A DNA stretch of 64,000 nucleotides, taken from positions 21,700,001 through 21,764,000 of the forward strand of contig CDPCPM010000026.1 of the NCBI GenBank assembly GCA_976551045.1, in the 5' to 3' direction. The stretch is from Glaucostegus cemiculus. Its lineage: Eukaryota. The number at the start of each line of letters is the position of its first letter. Position 1 is the stretch's first letter. This document shows positions 1-11,915 of this stretch, piece after piece. The position numbers were made by a program, and so were the translations under genes. The notes beneath the pieces are model-generated. The model was given only the letters and a program-made list of their open reading frames with translations, was not told the DNA's origin and searched no databases.

Positions 1-69
1 TGCTAAGAGGGGAAAAAAAATCTCCTCAAAGTCAATGATGCATTGAGCACCGTCACTCTGTAGCTGTTC

Positions 70-210
70 CTTATGTGCTGAGAAAGGCCCAGATTTGACA
101 CTGGGTTGAGACTGTGTTACAGGCTTCAGCTAAGGTTCAAGTAGGGGCATGAGGATTTCCCTCTTGTTCTGTGTTGAGAGAGAAAAATGTCAATTTGGCA
201 CTTCGCTACT
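70..210 (+). mobile_element. Highly decayed 5' part of an ancient tRNA-derived SINE (same family as 40685-41005), cut by the CR1 that follows
   Basis: Order of blocks (...GTGTTA...CAGC...AGTAGGGGCA...GAGAGAGAAAAATGTCA...) parallels the better copy at 40685-41005; weak similarity judged by eye. Confidence 0.3.
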
Positions 211-214
211 GCAA

Positions 215-2635
215 GTTCACAGATAGCAACATATGGATATGATCTCATAGTTACTATGCAGACATGGTTGTAGGGTGACCCGGACTGGGTATGCAATATT
301 CCAAGTTATACAATGTTCCAAATGAACAAGCCTAGAAGGAATGTAGGCGGGGTACCATTATTAGTCAGGAAGGTATCAGAGCTGTATCGAGTTGTGATAT
401 AGAGGCAGTGGATAGTAAGTAGAATTACTTTGGGTTGAAATCATGAATAGCAGGGGAAAGAAGACACAGATGTGACTAACCATTTGGGTGGAGCATAAAT
501 GGGGAAATATCTGAGGCATGTTTGAACTGTAATTATCATGAGAGATTTGAATCTACATATTGATTGTATGAGTTAAACTGGCAAAGGTGTCATAGAAGAA
601 GTTGTGGAGTGTGACAGGGATTGCTCCTTAGCACAGTATGTTATGGTACACAACCAGTAACAGACTATATTAAATTTGGTCATGAGTAATGAAGGAGAAT
701 TAACAAGACATTTTGAGGTTATAGATTCCTGAGGAGATAGTGACCACAATACGATAGAACTCCAGATGCAGTTTAAGGGTGAACACCACCAAAACCAAAA
801 CTATTGTCTTCAATAATAAGGTCAATTATAATGGATTGAAGGTGGAATTTTTCAAGGTGTGCTGGGAAAATAATCTAAGAGACAGGTTACTAGGAGAACA
901 GTGGCAGATATTCAAACAGCAGACCGTAACACTCATCAGGAATTTATCCCAATTAGAAAGAGGGATTCTATGGGTAAGAGCCACATTCTTCATTTAACAA
1001 AGGAGGTCAAGGACGAAGTTAATTTGAAAATTAGGACATACAAAGTGGCAATGGTTGTTGGTAGGCCAGAGGACTGGGAAGTTTTTCCGATCCAGCAGTG
1101 AAAGACTACAATGCTCCCCAGAAGGGAGAAGATTGATTTTGAGAGAAAACATGTATAATATCAAAACAAACAGTAAAAGCTTCTTGGATACTTAAATAGG
1201 AAGATGGTGGCTAAGGTAGGCGTAGGACCTCCAGAGAATGAGGCAGGTGATTTAATAACAGGAAATAAAGAAGAGGCAGATATGTTAAATCAATTTTTTG
1301 AATCAGTCCTTAACCATGGAGGACACTGCAAGTATCCCTAAGATAATAGATGGGCTAATTTTAAGTAACAGGGAGGAACTTGTAAAAATCCCAATCACAA
1401 GGGTGAAAAGTATTAGAGAAACTCAGATAGCTAAAAGTGGACAAATCACTGGGACCCAACAGTCTGTACCCAAGGGTTTTAAAGGAAGCGGCTGCTGAGA
1501 TGGTGGATCCGTTGGTGGAAATCTTTCAAAATTCATTCAATTCTGGGAGGGTACCAAATGATCAGAAAACAGTCAATATGAATCCCTTATTCTAAAAGGG
1601 AGGAAGACAGAAGGTGGGAAACTATAGGCCAATTAGTTTAACATCGATTGTTGTCAAGATGCAAAAGTCAATAATCAGAGGTGGAGTAACTAATTATTTA
1701 GGAAAGCTGAATATAATCAAACCTAGTTAATACAGTTTTATTAAAGATAAATCATGTTTGGCAAATTTGCTCAAATTCTTTGAGGATGTGACAGGGATAG
1801 TTGATAGATGGGAATCTGTAGATGTAGTGTATTTAGATTTCCAAAAGGTATTTGACAAGGTACCACATGCAAGACTGGTGCATAAATTAACAGCCCAAGG
1901 TACTGGAGGAAATGTGTTAGTGTGGATTGAAAACTGGCTGCACATAGAGTTAGAATAAATGGGTTATTTTCAGGCTGGAGAGATACAACTAGAGGAGTAC
2001 CCCAGCAATCAGTTCTTGGCTTTCAATTGCCTACAATTTATATTAATGACCTGGAGGAGAGAATAAAATGCAAGGTTTCCAAGTTTGCTGATGATGTGAA
2101 AATAGGTGGAAGGGCATATTGTGATGAGGACATTGTGGGATATAGATAAACTGGATGATTGGCTGAAAACCTGTCAAATGAGAGTTGAATGTGATGTCAG
2201 GCACTTTGATAAGAAGATTCAAAAACTGGATTATTATCTAAATGGAGAGACATTGCAAATGAGTGAAATTCAGAGAAATCTAGGTGTTTAATGCCTGAAT
2301 CACAAGAAGTGAGCAGGCAGGTCCAACAAGGCAAAAGGCATGTTGGCTTTTATTGGAAAGGGGTTGGAGTTTAGAAACTGGGAGATTTTGTTGCAGTTGT
2401 ACAGGGTGTTGTTGAAGCCATGTCTGGAATACTGCACACAATTTTGGGTTCCTTACCTAAAAGAGCATTGGAGGAAATCTAGAGGAGATTCACCAGGCTA
2501 ATTCCTGGGATGAGAGGGTTGTCCTATCAAAAGAGACTATATGGTTTGGGTCTATATTCCTTGGAGTTTAGAAGCTTATGGGGAACTGGCACAAAAGTGG
2601 AGCTGAGGCCAGCACAGTTCAGTGGGGCAGGCTTG
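215..2635 (+). mobile_element. CR1 LINE, ORF2 (APE endonuclease + reverse transcriptase) pseudogenised, with partial 3' tail
   Basis: EN motifs IMRDLNLH (~535-558, GDFN-like) and SDHN (~739-750); RT motifs NYRPISLTS (~1620), VDVVYLDFQKVFDKVPH (ORF 1758-1958) and KFADD (2081-2095); C-terminal MRGLSYQKRL..LYSLEFR (ORF 2510); many stops and frameshifts. Confidence 0.95.
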
Positions 2636-3029
2636 TGTAATCTCTTGTGCACTTGTGTTCAGTGCCAAATTTCAGTATCAGGTTTTGCATGACCAATGTC
2701 CACTTGGACAGAATAATGGGTGCCAACTAGTACCCATGAAACAATACTCTGGCTAAGGAGGTCAATGTCTTCTAAAGGAGAAATATGATGGAAAGTTTTA
2801 AAAAGTGAAGACAGTGTTATCCATGATTTATTCATGCAATCTTTCTTCTTCATCCCTTCCAATACTGAAGATTTCTTCTCTCCACCTCAGCAAATAAATC
2901 TGTGGACATGTTAACTATATCACTTTAATAAAAATTGCTCATTTAATCCAGTACAGAAAACTGTTTCTGTAATGACAAACATCAAATGACTGGAATGCAA
3001 CCAAAGAAAATCTAGTTTTTAAATTCGTA

Positions 3030-3190
3030 GTAAAACCAGACAATATTGGAAACACTCAGTAGGTTGGGAAGCCTCTGTGAAAAGAGGAAGAGTTAAAAGC
3101 ATTCCCTTTCCACAGTTGCTGCTGAGTGTTTTCAGCAACTTTTGTTTTTATTTCAGATTTCCAGTATCTGCAGCTGTTTTGATTTTCATT
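3030..3190. mobile_element. Short fold-back (inverted-end) element of the Penelope pseudo-LTR-like family
   Basis: Left arm AAACACTCAGTAG... is complementary to right arm ...CTGCTGAGTGTTT, followed by TTTATTTCAGATTTCCAGTATCTGCAG, shared with other copies in the window. Confidence 0.7.
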
Positions 3191-3244
3191 TAAATTAATC
3201 GTGGTACTTTTAAATTATTCACAATAAAATTTAATTGTATTCAG

Positions 3245-3355
3245 GAAAGAAAAGGCTTGTATTTACACAGGGCCTTTCACATCCCTTTTAGAACATCCAG
3301 AACACATTAGAGCCAATGAAGTACTTTTAGACATATGGTCACTGTTGCAGGAAAT
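3245..3355 (-). mobile_element. SacSINE1/DeuSINE-type 3' tail fragment
   Basis: AAAGGCTTGTATTTA...GCCTTTCAC...AGCCAATGAAGTACTTTT...GTCACTGTTG is the reverse complement of the tail of the full copy at 4733-5125. Confidence 0.75.
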
Positions 3356-4732
3356 TCAGAACCTTGTCCCTGGCCTAAGTTACACTGGCTGGCTTGGTCT
3401 AAGCAGCTGACAAGGGCTGCGCCAAGGAATACAATTCAAATACAAATAGCAGCATAATTTGTTCAGAATAGCATTAAACTGATTGAAATCAGAAGACAGT
3501 TACTTAAATTCATAATGCCCAACAACAATTTTGAGCTATTTAATTTTCTCAGGTTGTTGATATCAGAAATTAGTGTGGAACCTCAAACAAATGATTACTT
3601 AGATCCTTTAGTTGGCAATATTATAGGAAAATGAAAACTGTATGTTGCAAGTCAAACTGCAGTTGTGTATTTTTAATGCTTAGTCATCTAATGACACTCA
3701 AGGTGGACAGTAGATTCACTTGCATCATTGCAAATGCATTTCTCCAACCTGTAAAACAAAACTATCTGCTCAGATGGAAGGAAGGCATGTAATAAAAGAG
3801 CAAGGAGTGCACCAGAATCAGACTCAGAAATCACCAGTGCTGGATTCCCTTGGAGGAGAGTATATTGGAGATTACTGCCTATAAAAACTATTGGCAGGGT
3901 TAGAAGATATGGATCAGCACTGTGAGACAACCTATTTTCAATAGTAGGCCATACTTGTAGGCTCAATATGGTCTGCAGAGTGCTCCCACACAAATTCCAT
4001 CCCGTGTCCATATTAAAAAAATTTACTTGTTATCATATGGGCTACAGCACTAAAGTGAATGAACCATATACAGCCTTGTCTGTGGGTTGAGAACCATGGA
4101 AACTGTAACATCCAGGTCTTGCATTTTCCTTTTGCTCACATCAATAATGCTGCATTTCACACAACTATCACCACAACACTAAGATTACAACACCACAGCA
4201 GCAACAGCCAAAATACCTTATGCCTTCCCACTGATCCTATTTTCTAAAATAAGTACTTTAAAACACTCAATGTATAAGTTTGCAAAAAAGATGTATGGAG
4301 AACTGCATCATAGCGTTAAGTGTCTATGGACTTGTTGGTAAAGCATTATAACAAGCCAGGGATCCTTTCAGGGATGGGGGCTACAGCTTGGCATTGAAGC
4401 TATGCCCAACTCATGAGAATAATCTCATATTTTTTTAAGAAAGGCAGCAACTCTATATATTCCTCATCCATTTTGCAAACAGCAGCAGGACTCCACTTCA
4501 TGGGGAGCAATTAATTTCCAACTAAAACCATCAAAGAACAAGAAAAAAATGGGAAATGTAACTTATGCCAGTTTATATATGACAGTGAGGAATATATAGA
4601 GTGATTAAAAGATAGCCTGTCTTAAGTGGGCAACATTTATGTAATGTGGAAAAGGAAAGGGACTTATAGAGAAGGTTCTGGATGGGCAACAGGTTTACAA
4701 GACGAGCAAATGCAACATCTAGATCTCTGAAT

Positions 4733-5125
4733 GTTGCTCAGCTGGTAGCTTTTACTTTTGAGTCAGGAGGATGTATATTTAAGTTCCATTCCTGAGTCCT
4801 GAGCACAAAAATCTGAACTGATACTTCAGCGTAGTATGAAATTCTCTGTCATGTGTACCTTTCTTTCAGAAGAGACAAATAGAGCAAGACCATATTTGTT
4901 CCATCAGGTGGATGTAAAAATTCATACGGCACCCCTTCAAAGACAAATGGGGGAGTTCTCCCCAGCACTATGGTCACTATTTATTCCTCAACCAGTATCA
5001 CTGAAAGACAGATTATCTAATCAATTATCACACTGCTGTTTCAACATTGATTACAATTCAAAAGCACCTCATTTGCTGTGAATCACTTTGGAATATTCTT
5101 AAGTCATGAAAGAGGCTGCTTTTTT
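4733..5125 (+). mobile_element. Near full-length SacSINE1-like DeuSINE (tRNA head + Deu domain + L2-type tail)
   Basis: tRNA-like head TTGCTCAGCTGGTAGC...GAGTCAGGAGG; Deu-domain blocks CAGGTGGATGTAAAA, GGGGAGTTCTCCCC, TATTTATTCCTCAACCA, CAGATTATCT; tail TCAAAAGCACCTCATTTGCTGTGAA...GTCATGAAAGAGGC. Confidence 0.85.
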
Positions 5126-5134
5126 TTTGTAAAA

Positions 5135-5400
5135 GTCTTTTTAAAATGTATTTTTGGGATATAGTGGTGAATCTACACAAAACTTCAGTAGGATAACAGA
5201 TGAAACAATTAGATTTAAAGGGTGTTGAAGGGATGTATTGCAGATTCATTAGTAAACTGCTTGGCAAAAAAAACAAAGGCAGACTGGAAAAAAAACAATT
5301 TATGAGCAGAGCAGCAATATAATTACTTGGAGGACAAACACCATCACTGACTGGTTGGGTTGAACAGCCAAATCCTGTTTTGTACTTCCTATGTAATTCT
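5135..5400 (+). mobile_element. Old CR1 3' end fragment
   Basis: GTGGTGAATCT...; terminal GACTGGTTGGGTTGAACAGCC...CCTGTTTTGTACTTCCTATGTAATTCT is typical of CR1 3' UTR ends. Confidence 0.6.
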
Positions 5401-7189
5401 TCATAGTTAGTCAGCTTGATGAGGTTGATTTGAGTCACTAAAGTAGAAAGTCATGGTACAAGAGTACGACCAGGATCACTATCATTCAATACTGTGAAAA
5501 ATCAGCAGTATGGTGATCTTGAAAGGCTCTGTCATATTCCTAATATGAATAAGCAAAATTGCAATGTTACTAGCTGATATGAATATTGATTGGTTTATTC
5601 ATTTGTGGGCAGTACATGGGCCTGTATTGCAGATGAAGCCTATACGGTACTGGAAGGAAGCACTAAGCAAAAATAAATTTAAGCACCCAAGTAATTTTGT
5701 CTGTCACATATATTGCCAAACCATATTAAGTGCCATTGACATCCAAAGCATGCATGTAGGGAAATAAAAGCATTGGCATAACATGTTGCACTTCTTTCCC
5801 AGCCAATCCTCAACCAATGCCATGGAAACAGATTTACCTAGAAAATGGATTTCCCTCAGAACTATTGCACTGAACAGATGCTATGGTTGTAGAAATGTCA
5901 CATCAGAAACCACCAGAAAAATCATGTAATTTGGACATTCTTACTTTAAGATATTGATATTGGGGTTTACTCCCTTTAAGAAATGTTAAAACCCAATCTG
6001 TATTTTTCACAGGCACTGCTGTTTGCTTAGCAGGTTATAGCAACATCATTTGAGAGCTGAACTAAGGGAAATGTGACAGCCCTGTTAAAGTGATTTTAGC
6101 CCGAGGTTGTCATGAAGAGGTCAAATGGGAGTTTGGGGGTTGGTTAAGGGAGATAAACCTGAGAACTGGGGCTGGGAAGGGGAAACAAGAAGAGCTTGGT
6201 AATGGCACCAAGGTCTCATGTAAGGAATCTAGTCCTGACCATGAAGCAGGTTAATCATACTCTCTGAGCACTGACTAGGCCCACTGATCAAGGGGAGTAC
6301 TGGGTCACAGCTTGAGGGATCTGTTTGCAGTTAACAAACCATAGGTCTTGATTGGTACAGGGCTGTTGGCAATAAAGTTTTATATCAATAAAGAATGCAG
6401 GGGATGCTTTTAAACATATGAATTGATACCCCTGAGGGACATTTTAAATCATGTAGATTTCACTACTTGCAGCATGATGTACTCTTTGTGGAAATGCAAA
6501 TTAATCAAGAAGTTCATGACTTTTTGATACAGTTTGCTGGTAATTAATGCATTTCAAATGGTGCTAGGTAAGTGATTGGTGACTTCAATAGGTGGGCTGA
6601 TGACATCATCCTCTGTGCAAAATACAACAAATAAATGTCAACAGTATTAGGATAAATTGTAGCAGGAAGAGTCCAGTGCAATATTCCAATGGTTGGGACT
6701 TGAAAAGGAAATGGGCATAACCTGCCTAAGATGCATCATTTTATTATATGCACTATTTACACATTAAAACATGCACATTTTTTTTGTTTAATCCAATTTC
6801 TAGTAGGCACTGACCTTGCCACATACCTGATGTATACTTTGGGAAAATGCAAGGGCATCCACTGACATACAGCCACTTTGAATATACTACAGTTGAAGAA
6901 GACAGAAGAATGTGCATAGATCACAACATCCCAGTGACACCCATTATTCAGTATGGTAATCAGCAAAATTAGCAGGTGTTCTTGTCATAAGTATGACGGC
7001 ATGAACTCAATTCAATTATTATAGAGAACAAAACAAAGGAGCTACAAAACTGCTTCCAAACTGCTGAGGCAGATTCTGTTATTGCAGCATAAAGCTATAA
7101 GTTCACCCAATAATATACTAGGCCAACAATGATCCACAAATTAACAGCACTCAACCTGATTATCTTGCCATCTAGACAACAACTGCTGG

Positions 7190-7285
7190 AGACACAAGAG
7201 AGATAGCAGATGCTGGAATCTGGAGCCACACACAAAGTGTTGGAGGAACTCAGTGATCCGCTGAGTTCCTCCAATGTTTTGTTGG
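7190..7285. mobile_element. Collapsed fold-back element (GACACAAGAG...CAGATGCTGGAATCTGGAGC subfamily)
   Basis: Same 5' end as the copy at 31235; perfect 14-bp inverted repeat TTGGAGGAACTCAG (7240-7253) / CTGAGTTCCTCCAA (7261-7274). Confidence 0.75.
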
Positions 7286-7299
7286 TTGACAACAACTAC

Positions 7300-7400
7300 T
7301 CTTGTTTTTGGGAGCTTTCTGTGCACAAATGAGCTTTTTGCATTATCCTACAGTAATGCTGCTTCAAAAGTATTTTATTGGCTGTTAAACATTTCAACAT
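7300..7400 (+). mobile_element. SacSINE1-type 3' fragment
   Basis: TGTTTTTGGGAGCTTTCTGTGCACAAAT...CTTCAAAAGTATTTTATTGGCTGT matches the SacSINE1-type 3' region. Confidence 0.75.
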
Positions 7401-9987
7401 GTACTAGATTGCCAATATTCCAAGTTTTCTTTCATTATTATGATCAATATAATGATGAATAAATGGGATTTTTAATGGAAATAATTGGCTTTGGTACCTC
7501 TGCTCTCTTCCCTTAATCGTATTGTAATGATTGTTGCCAAAGTAGTTTTTGGAACGATTTGGGCTGTATCTGATGTCCTTTATAATCAAGCTGCTGACAC
7601 TCCATACCTGGATCAATGTTTACTTGGACAAAGTACTAAAAGTCTATCAGTGGCTGAAGAATCAATGAGTCACTTCTTTCAGAGGGAGGGAACAAACAAA
7701 AAAAGAGTGGGGCTCATGCCACTCATGTTAGAAGGAGCAGAGTTTTACTGGCAGCATTTATTCTTGCAGTCAACCAATTCAAAGTTAATAGGGTTTCTGG
7801 TCTAAATTACAAACATGTTGCACCAAATTAAATAGTGAATTTGAGCAATATGTTCTAGGATTTGACCTAGATATTTATTCTAGATCTCTGAACAGAGGCA
7901 GCAGTACAGCTTCCTTGGTCTGATCTGCTCAGCTCTCACTCAAATGTAAAAGAGCCCTTCTCTTCTTCAGCTCATGCCAATGTCAAAATCTGGCTCTGTG
8001 CCAATCTAACTTATTTTCCAGTGTTCCCACGTTGTCATTGCAAAATACTCCAAGCTGGAATCAAGGAAAGCCAGTGTTCTGTTTATTTTGCTCAGGCTGT
8101 TCGCACCGGTTTAGTCAGGGTTGGAGTGGGGGAGTTTGGAGAGAAAGGGACAAGTCAGCGAATCTGTTTTAGATTTGTGCTGAATTCTGTCAGAAATATT
8201 GCAACACTGCTAGAAAACTATACAGAGGCCTCTGATATTTTCCAATACATTTTTACCTTAATATGGTGTTATATTGACATTGATTTTCTCCACAGTATAG
8301 TGCCCAGATTGTAGTTTGCACCACAGCAGAAGTAATATATGAAAAGAATCCTGGATTTCTCCTATGCCTCAAGCAATGATTCCAGTCTATAGGCTGCCAG
8401 TGAAACTTTTCACTGAGTCATAGTTCTTTCTAAATGTTTCTGTTTTGCCTGGTCATGCTACTGACAATCCAAACACTCAACAAATCCAAGCGAATACTAA
8501 GGTGAAGCTCCAACAGGTTTTTTCTGCTAGCTCTGCACTGACAAAAGTCACCAATCACCTCCCTGGCATAATTTAAACTGCAGAAATAATTTTGCATCAA
8601 AAAATATTCTTTGTACTCCGTTTTGTAATGGGTCTGGCATTCACAGAGCACATGCCATTCAGAATAGCTTATTACTTGAAAAGCCTCCTTGAGGCTATAA
8701 TTTCATCAGTCATGTTAACCATAATGTCAGCATAATGTTTTTTGGATAATCCAAGACAAATATCTGAAAGAAATTCTGCTGACATCTCCTTTTGTTCTTC
8801 CGTGATGATCTTAACCTTGGATTAGTAACTCACCAAGCAATGAAAATAGTTTTTAGCAACTTACTTTTCAAAACTTCTTTTAGTTCCAAAAGGTAACCCT
8901 ACACTATATCTGCATTTTCTTTACCTTTTATCTTTTATTTCACTTTGCATATTTCCTAATTAATTGTAAACTGATATGTAATTGTACAATGAATGAATCA
9001 ATTTAGGATCCACCCAAGTACTCTTCACAATATTTATGATGACAGAAAATTTTGATAGGTGTCCCTAACACCCAATCTGAAGTATTTCATGAATAATTAA
9101 TTATTTTCAATGTTCAATCTGTGTTGTTCTGTCAGCAAAGAAAGTAGTCAACTGTATACATAAAAGTCAGACAAAGAGCAAACAAGAAAAATGGGGTTCA
9201 TCTCTTTTGGCACCTTGGCTGATGTGCCTGGGGCAACAGGAAACTATTTCTTCAATGTCTTCCACCATCATGGGATTGTTTCATCTCTGTGAGCAGGCAA
9301 ACCCAATTCATAACTAGTTGAGCTACGCTGCTTCAAGATGGCTTTTAAACACCTAGAACTTCTGGCTTCTACAAAACTGAGCAATTATAGTATTGCCCAG
9401 TTCCCCAGAGAATGCCAGAGTTTCCATCTACATTATTCCACATGGGATTAAATCAGCAAATGAGCTTCTCTCCTGCTAAAACAAACAAGACGTGGACAGC
9501 TGGTAAAGAATTCCCACAATCTGTCAATCTGAGCGGTCAAAGTTAGAAGACACACAAATAGTTAACAAGGAGCCAGACCACCATGCCAATGATATTCTGC
9601 AATTGATAAAATATAAATAGACAATATCTGATCTTCCCTGGGTGGGATCTGTAACCCACATCTGTTCCTGTTGGTGTGTTTGAATTACTAAAACCTTACT
9701 GTAAACCGCTTACTAAATGGACTACTGTATCTTGTATAAATATCGAGGGAAAACGCACATACCTTGGCTAGTTCACAGTTAGAAATGATTACTATTTCTA
9801 TATAGTCTGAGTTCCGCAAAAATACTAAAAGGGGCAAAGCTTCTTTCTACATACATGGAAAATTAAAGGTTCTCCATAATTTCACGGCAAATCACTGAGG
9901 AAGCACTATAGACCTAATGAGAAACATGGGCTCCTTCTGTGCTATAATGATGCTATGATTTACAAACTAGGGAGTTTGTGTTTCTGG

Positions 9988-9989
<2 letters not shown>

Positions 9990-10069
<80 letters not shown>
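9990..10069. repeat. (GT)40 microsatellite
   Basis: Directly visible perfect dinucleotide run. Confidence 0.99.
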
Positions 10070-10072
<3 letters not shown>

Positions 10073-11065
10073 CGCGCATTGTGCATACACATTGTGCATG
10101 TGGATATATGGGGGAATTTTAAACTTTTGGCAAAATTAATACCCTTCACACCATTCTACTTCTCCCTTACAGTTCCTTTTAACAATTATAATCCTGACCT
10201 CTGTTAGAGAGCACTTGTGCAGGTATCAGAATCGTTGCAATCTATCTCCATGAGTACCATGCTAAGTGCTTAGTATTATAGGAGAATCACCAATTGACTG
10301 AGATGAGAGCAGGTAATGTTCACAAAATTGGTTCACAAAAGAGTCAATGCCTCTGGGTGGGGGGAAAACACAGCTGCTGAGTTTTCTTCTTGAACAGAGG
10401 TTTAATTCTGGTTTATGTTGATGGAATGAAAGCCTGGCTTTAAAAAGGTCTTTTGTAGGAATGAGTTTTGCATGAATCTACAGCACAATGGCCTAGAAAT
10501 TCAGACACATAACATTGTCTTTTTTCAGTCTTTTGAACTCTGGGGAGTATGGGTCTAGTCTACTTAATCTCTCCTCTGAGCCTGTCTATATCCCCTGAAG
10601 ATTCTGTGCAGCCTCCTCACAACCCACACCGCAACCTTGCATTATTTTATCGACAAACTTGGATATATTAACTCTCATCAAGATCAGTAATATGGACTGT
10701 TAACAACTGGGGCCTCAGTGCTGATTCCTGCAGCACCCCACTAATTACAGCCTTTCAATCTAAAACTTACCAGTTTATTCCTATTTTGTCTGTTAACCAA
10801 TATTCAGTCTATCCCAATATATTAATCCCAATCCCAAGTGCTCAAATTTTGTTTAATAACCTGCTATCAAGAACCTTCCAAAAGTACAAATGCATTGCAT
10901 CCATTAGTTCCCCTTACTTATTCTAATTACAATTTCAAAACAAAACTCTTACAGATTTGTCAAAGATGAGTTCTCTTTCATACATACATTTTGATTTTGC
11001 ACAAGCCCATTATTTTCTACGTGGCCTGTTACCACTTCCTTAATAATAGATTCTAACATTTTCCT

Positions 11066-11108
11066 TAGAACATAGAACATAACGTAATAGAGCACGGGAA
11101 CAGACTCT
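11066..11108 (-). mobile_element. Very short CR1 3'-terminal insertion nested in the CR1
   Basis: TAGAACATAGAACATA = reverse complement of the (TTCTATG)n CR1 terminal repeat, then AGCACGGGAACAG; interrupts the host at CATTTTCCT|TACTACAGAC. Confidence 0.7.
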
Positions 11109-11759
11109 TACTACAGACATCAGGCAAACTGATGTGCAGTTTCCCTGTTTTCTTTCTCCTACCTTTCTTAAATAGTGGGGCCATATTGTTAAATTCCAAT
11201 CTGCGGGAACCTTTCTAGAACCTTTGGAATGTTGGAAGATGACAATCAGTCTGCGATCTCTGAAGTCACCTCTTACAAAACCTTGTGTTGCAGGTCATCA
11301 GGTACTGGGCATTTCTTGGCTCTCAACCAATTTCTCCAATGCTTTTTTACCCCCAAATAGTGCTACACTTTTCAGCTCCTCAGTCTCTCTAGACCTTTTG
11401 TTCTGTAGTACTTCCCTGAGGTTTTCTGTACCTTCTTCCATGAAGAAAGATACAAAATATTTGTTTAATTTCTCTGCTTTTTCCTTATTCTTCAATATAG
11501 TTTCTTCAAGCTCAATCTGTAAGGGTCCCACAATAACTTTTGCTAATCTTCCTAAAGTTAACTTTTATAAAAGCACTTAAAGTCTGTTTTTATGCTTCTC
11601 AATAGCTTACTCTCATGTTCCATCTTCCCTATGCCTCTTGGTGCTCCTCTAATGAATTTTTATATGTTCCTAATCCTCAGTTCTTTTTGGCAACATTTTC
11701 AGCTTCTTCCTTTCAACTATGCTTCAACTTAGCTTTTCTTGTTGGGTTTTTGTGCCTTA

Positions 11760-11915
11760 AGGAACATTAGAAACAGAGGAAGGAGCAGGCCAGCTAGCCC
11801 CCTTGAGCCTGCTCCACCATTCAATAAGGTCATAACTTATCTAATCTTGGCACCAATTCCACTTTCCATCTCTCTCCCTATCTCCTTGATTCTCTTGCAG
11901 TTTAAAAGTCCATCA
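11760..11915 (-). mobile_element. CR1 3' UTR fragment nested in the CR1
   Basis: AGGAGCAGGCCAG...CCCCTTGAGCCTGCTCCACCATTCAATAAG...CCTATCTCCTTGATTC is a standard CR1 tail in reverse. Confidence 0.8.

Noticed and set aside
779-2692. Several ORFs with RT-like peptides as host genes
   Set aside because: All are frameshifted pieces of one dead CR1 ORF2
2659-2900. Minus-strand 67-aa ORF with protein-like composition
   Set aside because: No recognisable family and no convincing splice sites
6070-6416. Possible solo LTR (TG start, two AATAAA, CA end)
   Set aside because: No TSD or second copy identified; boundaries would be arbitrary
9967-10207. HT/CV-repeat ORFs
   Set aside because: Translations of the GT microsatellite; the same applies to the ORFs at 21134 and 63492
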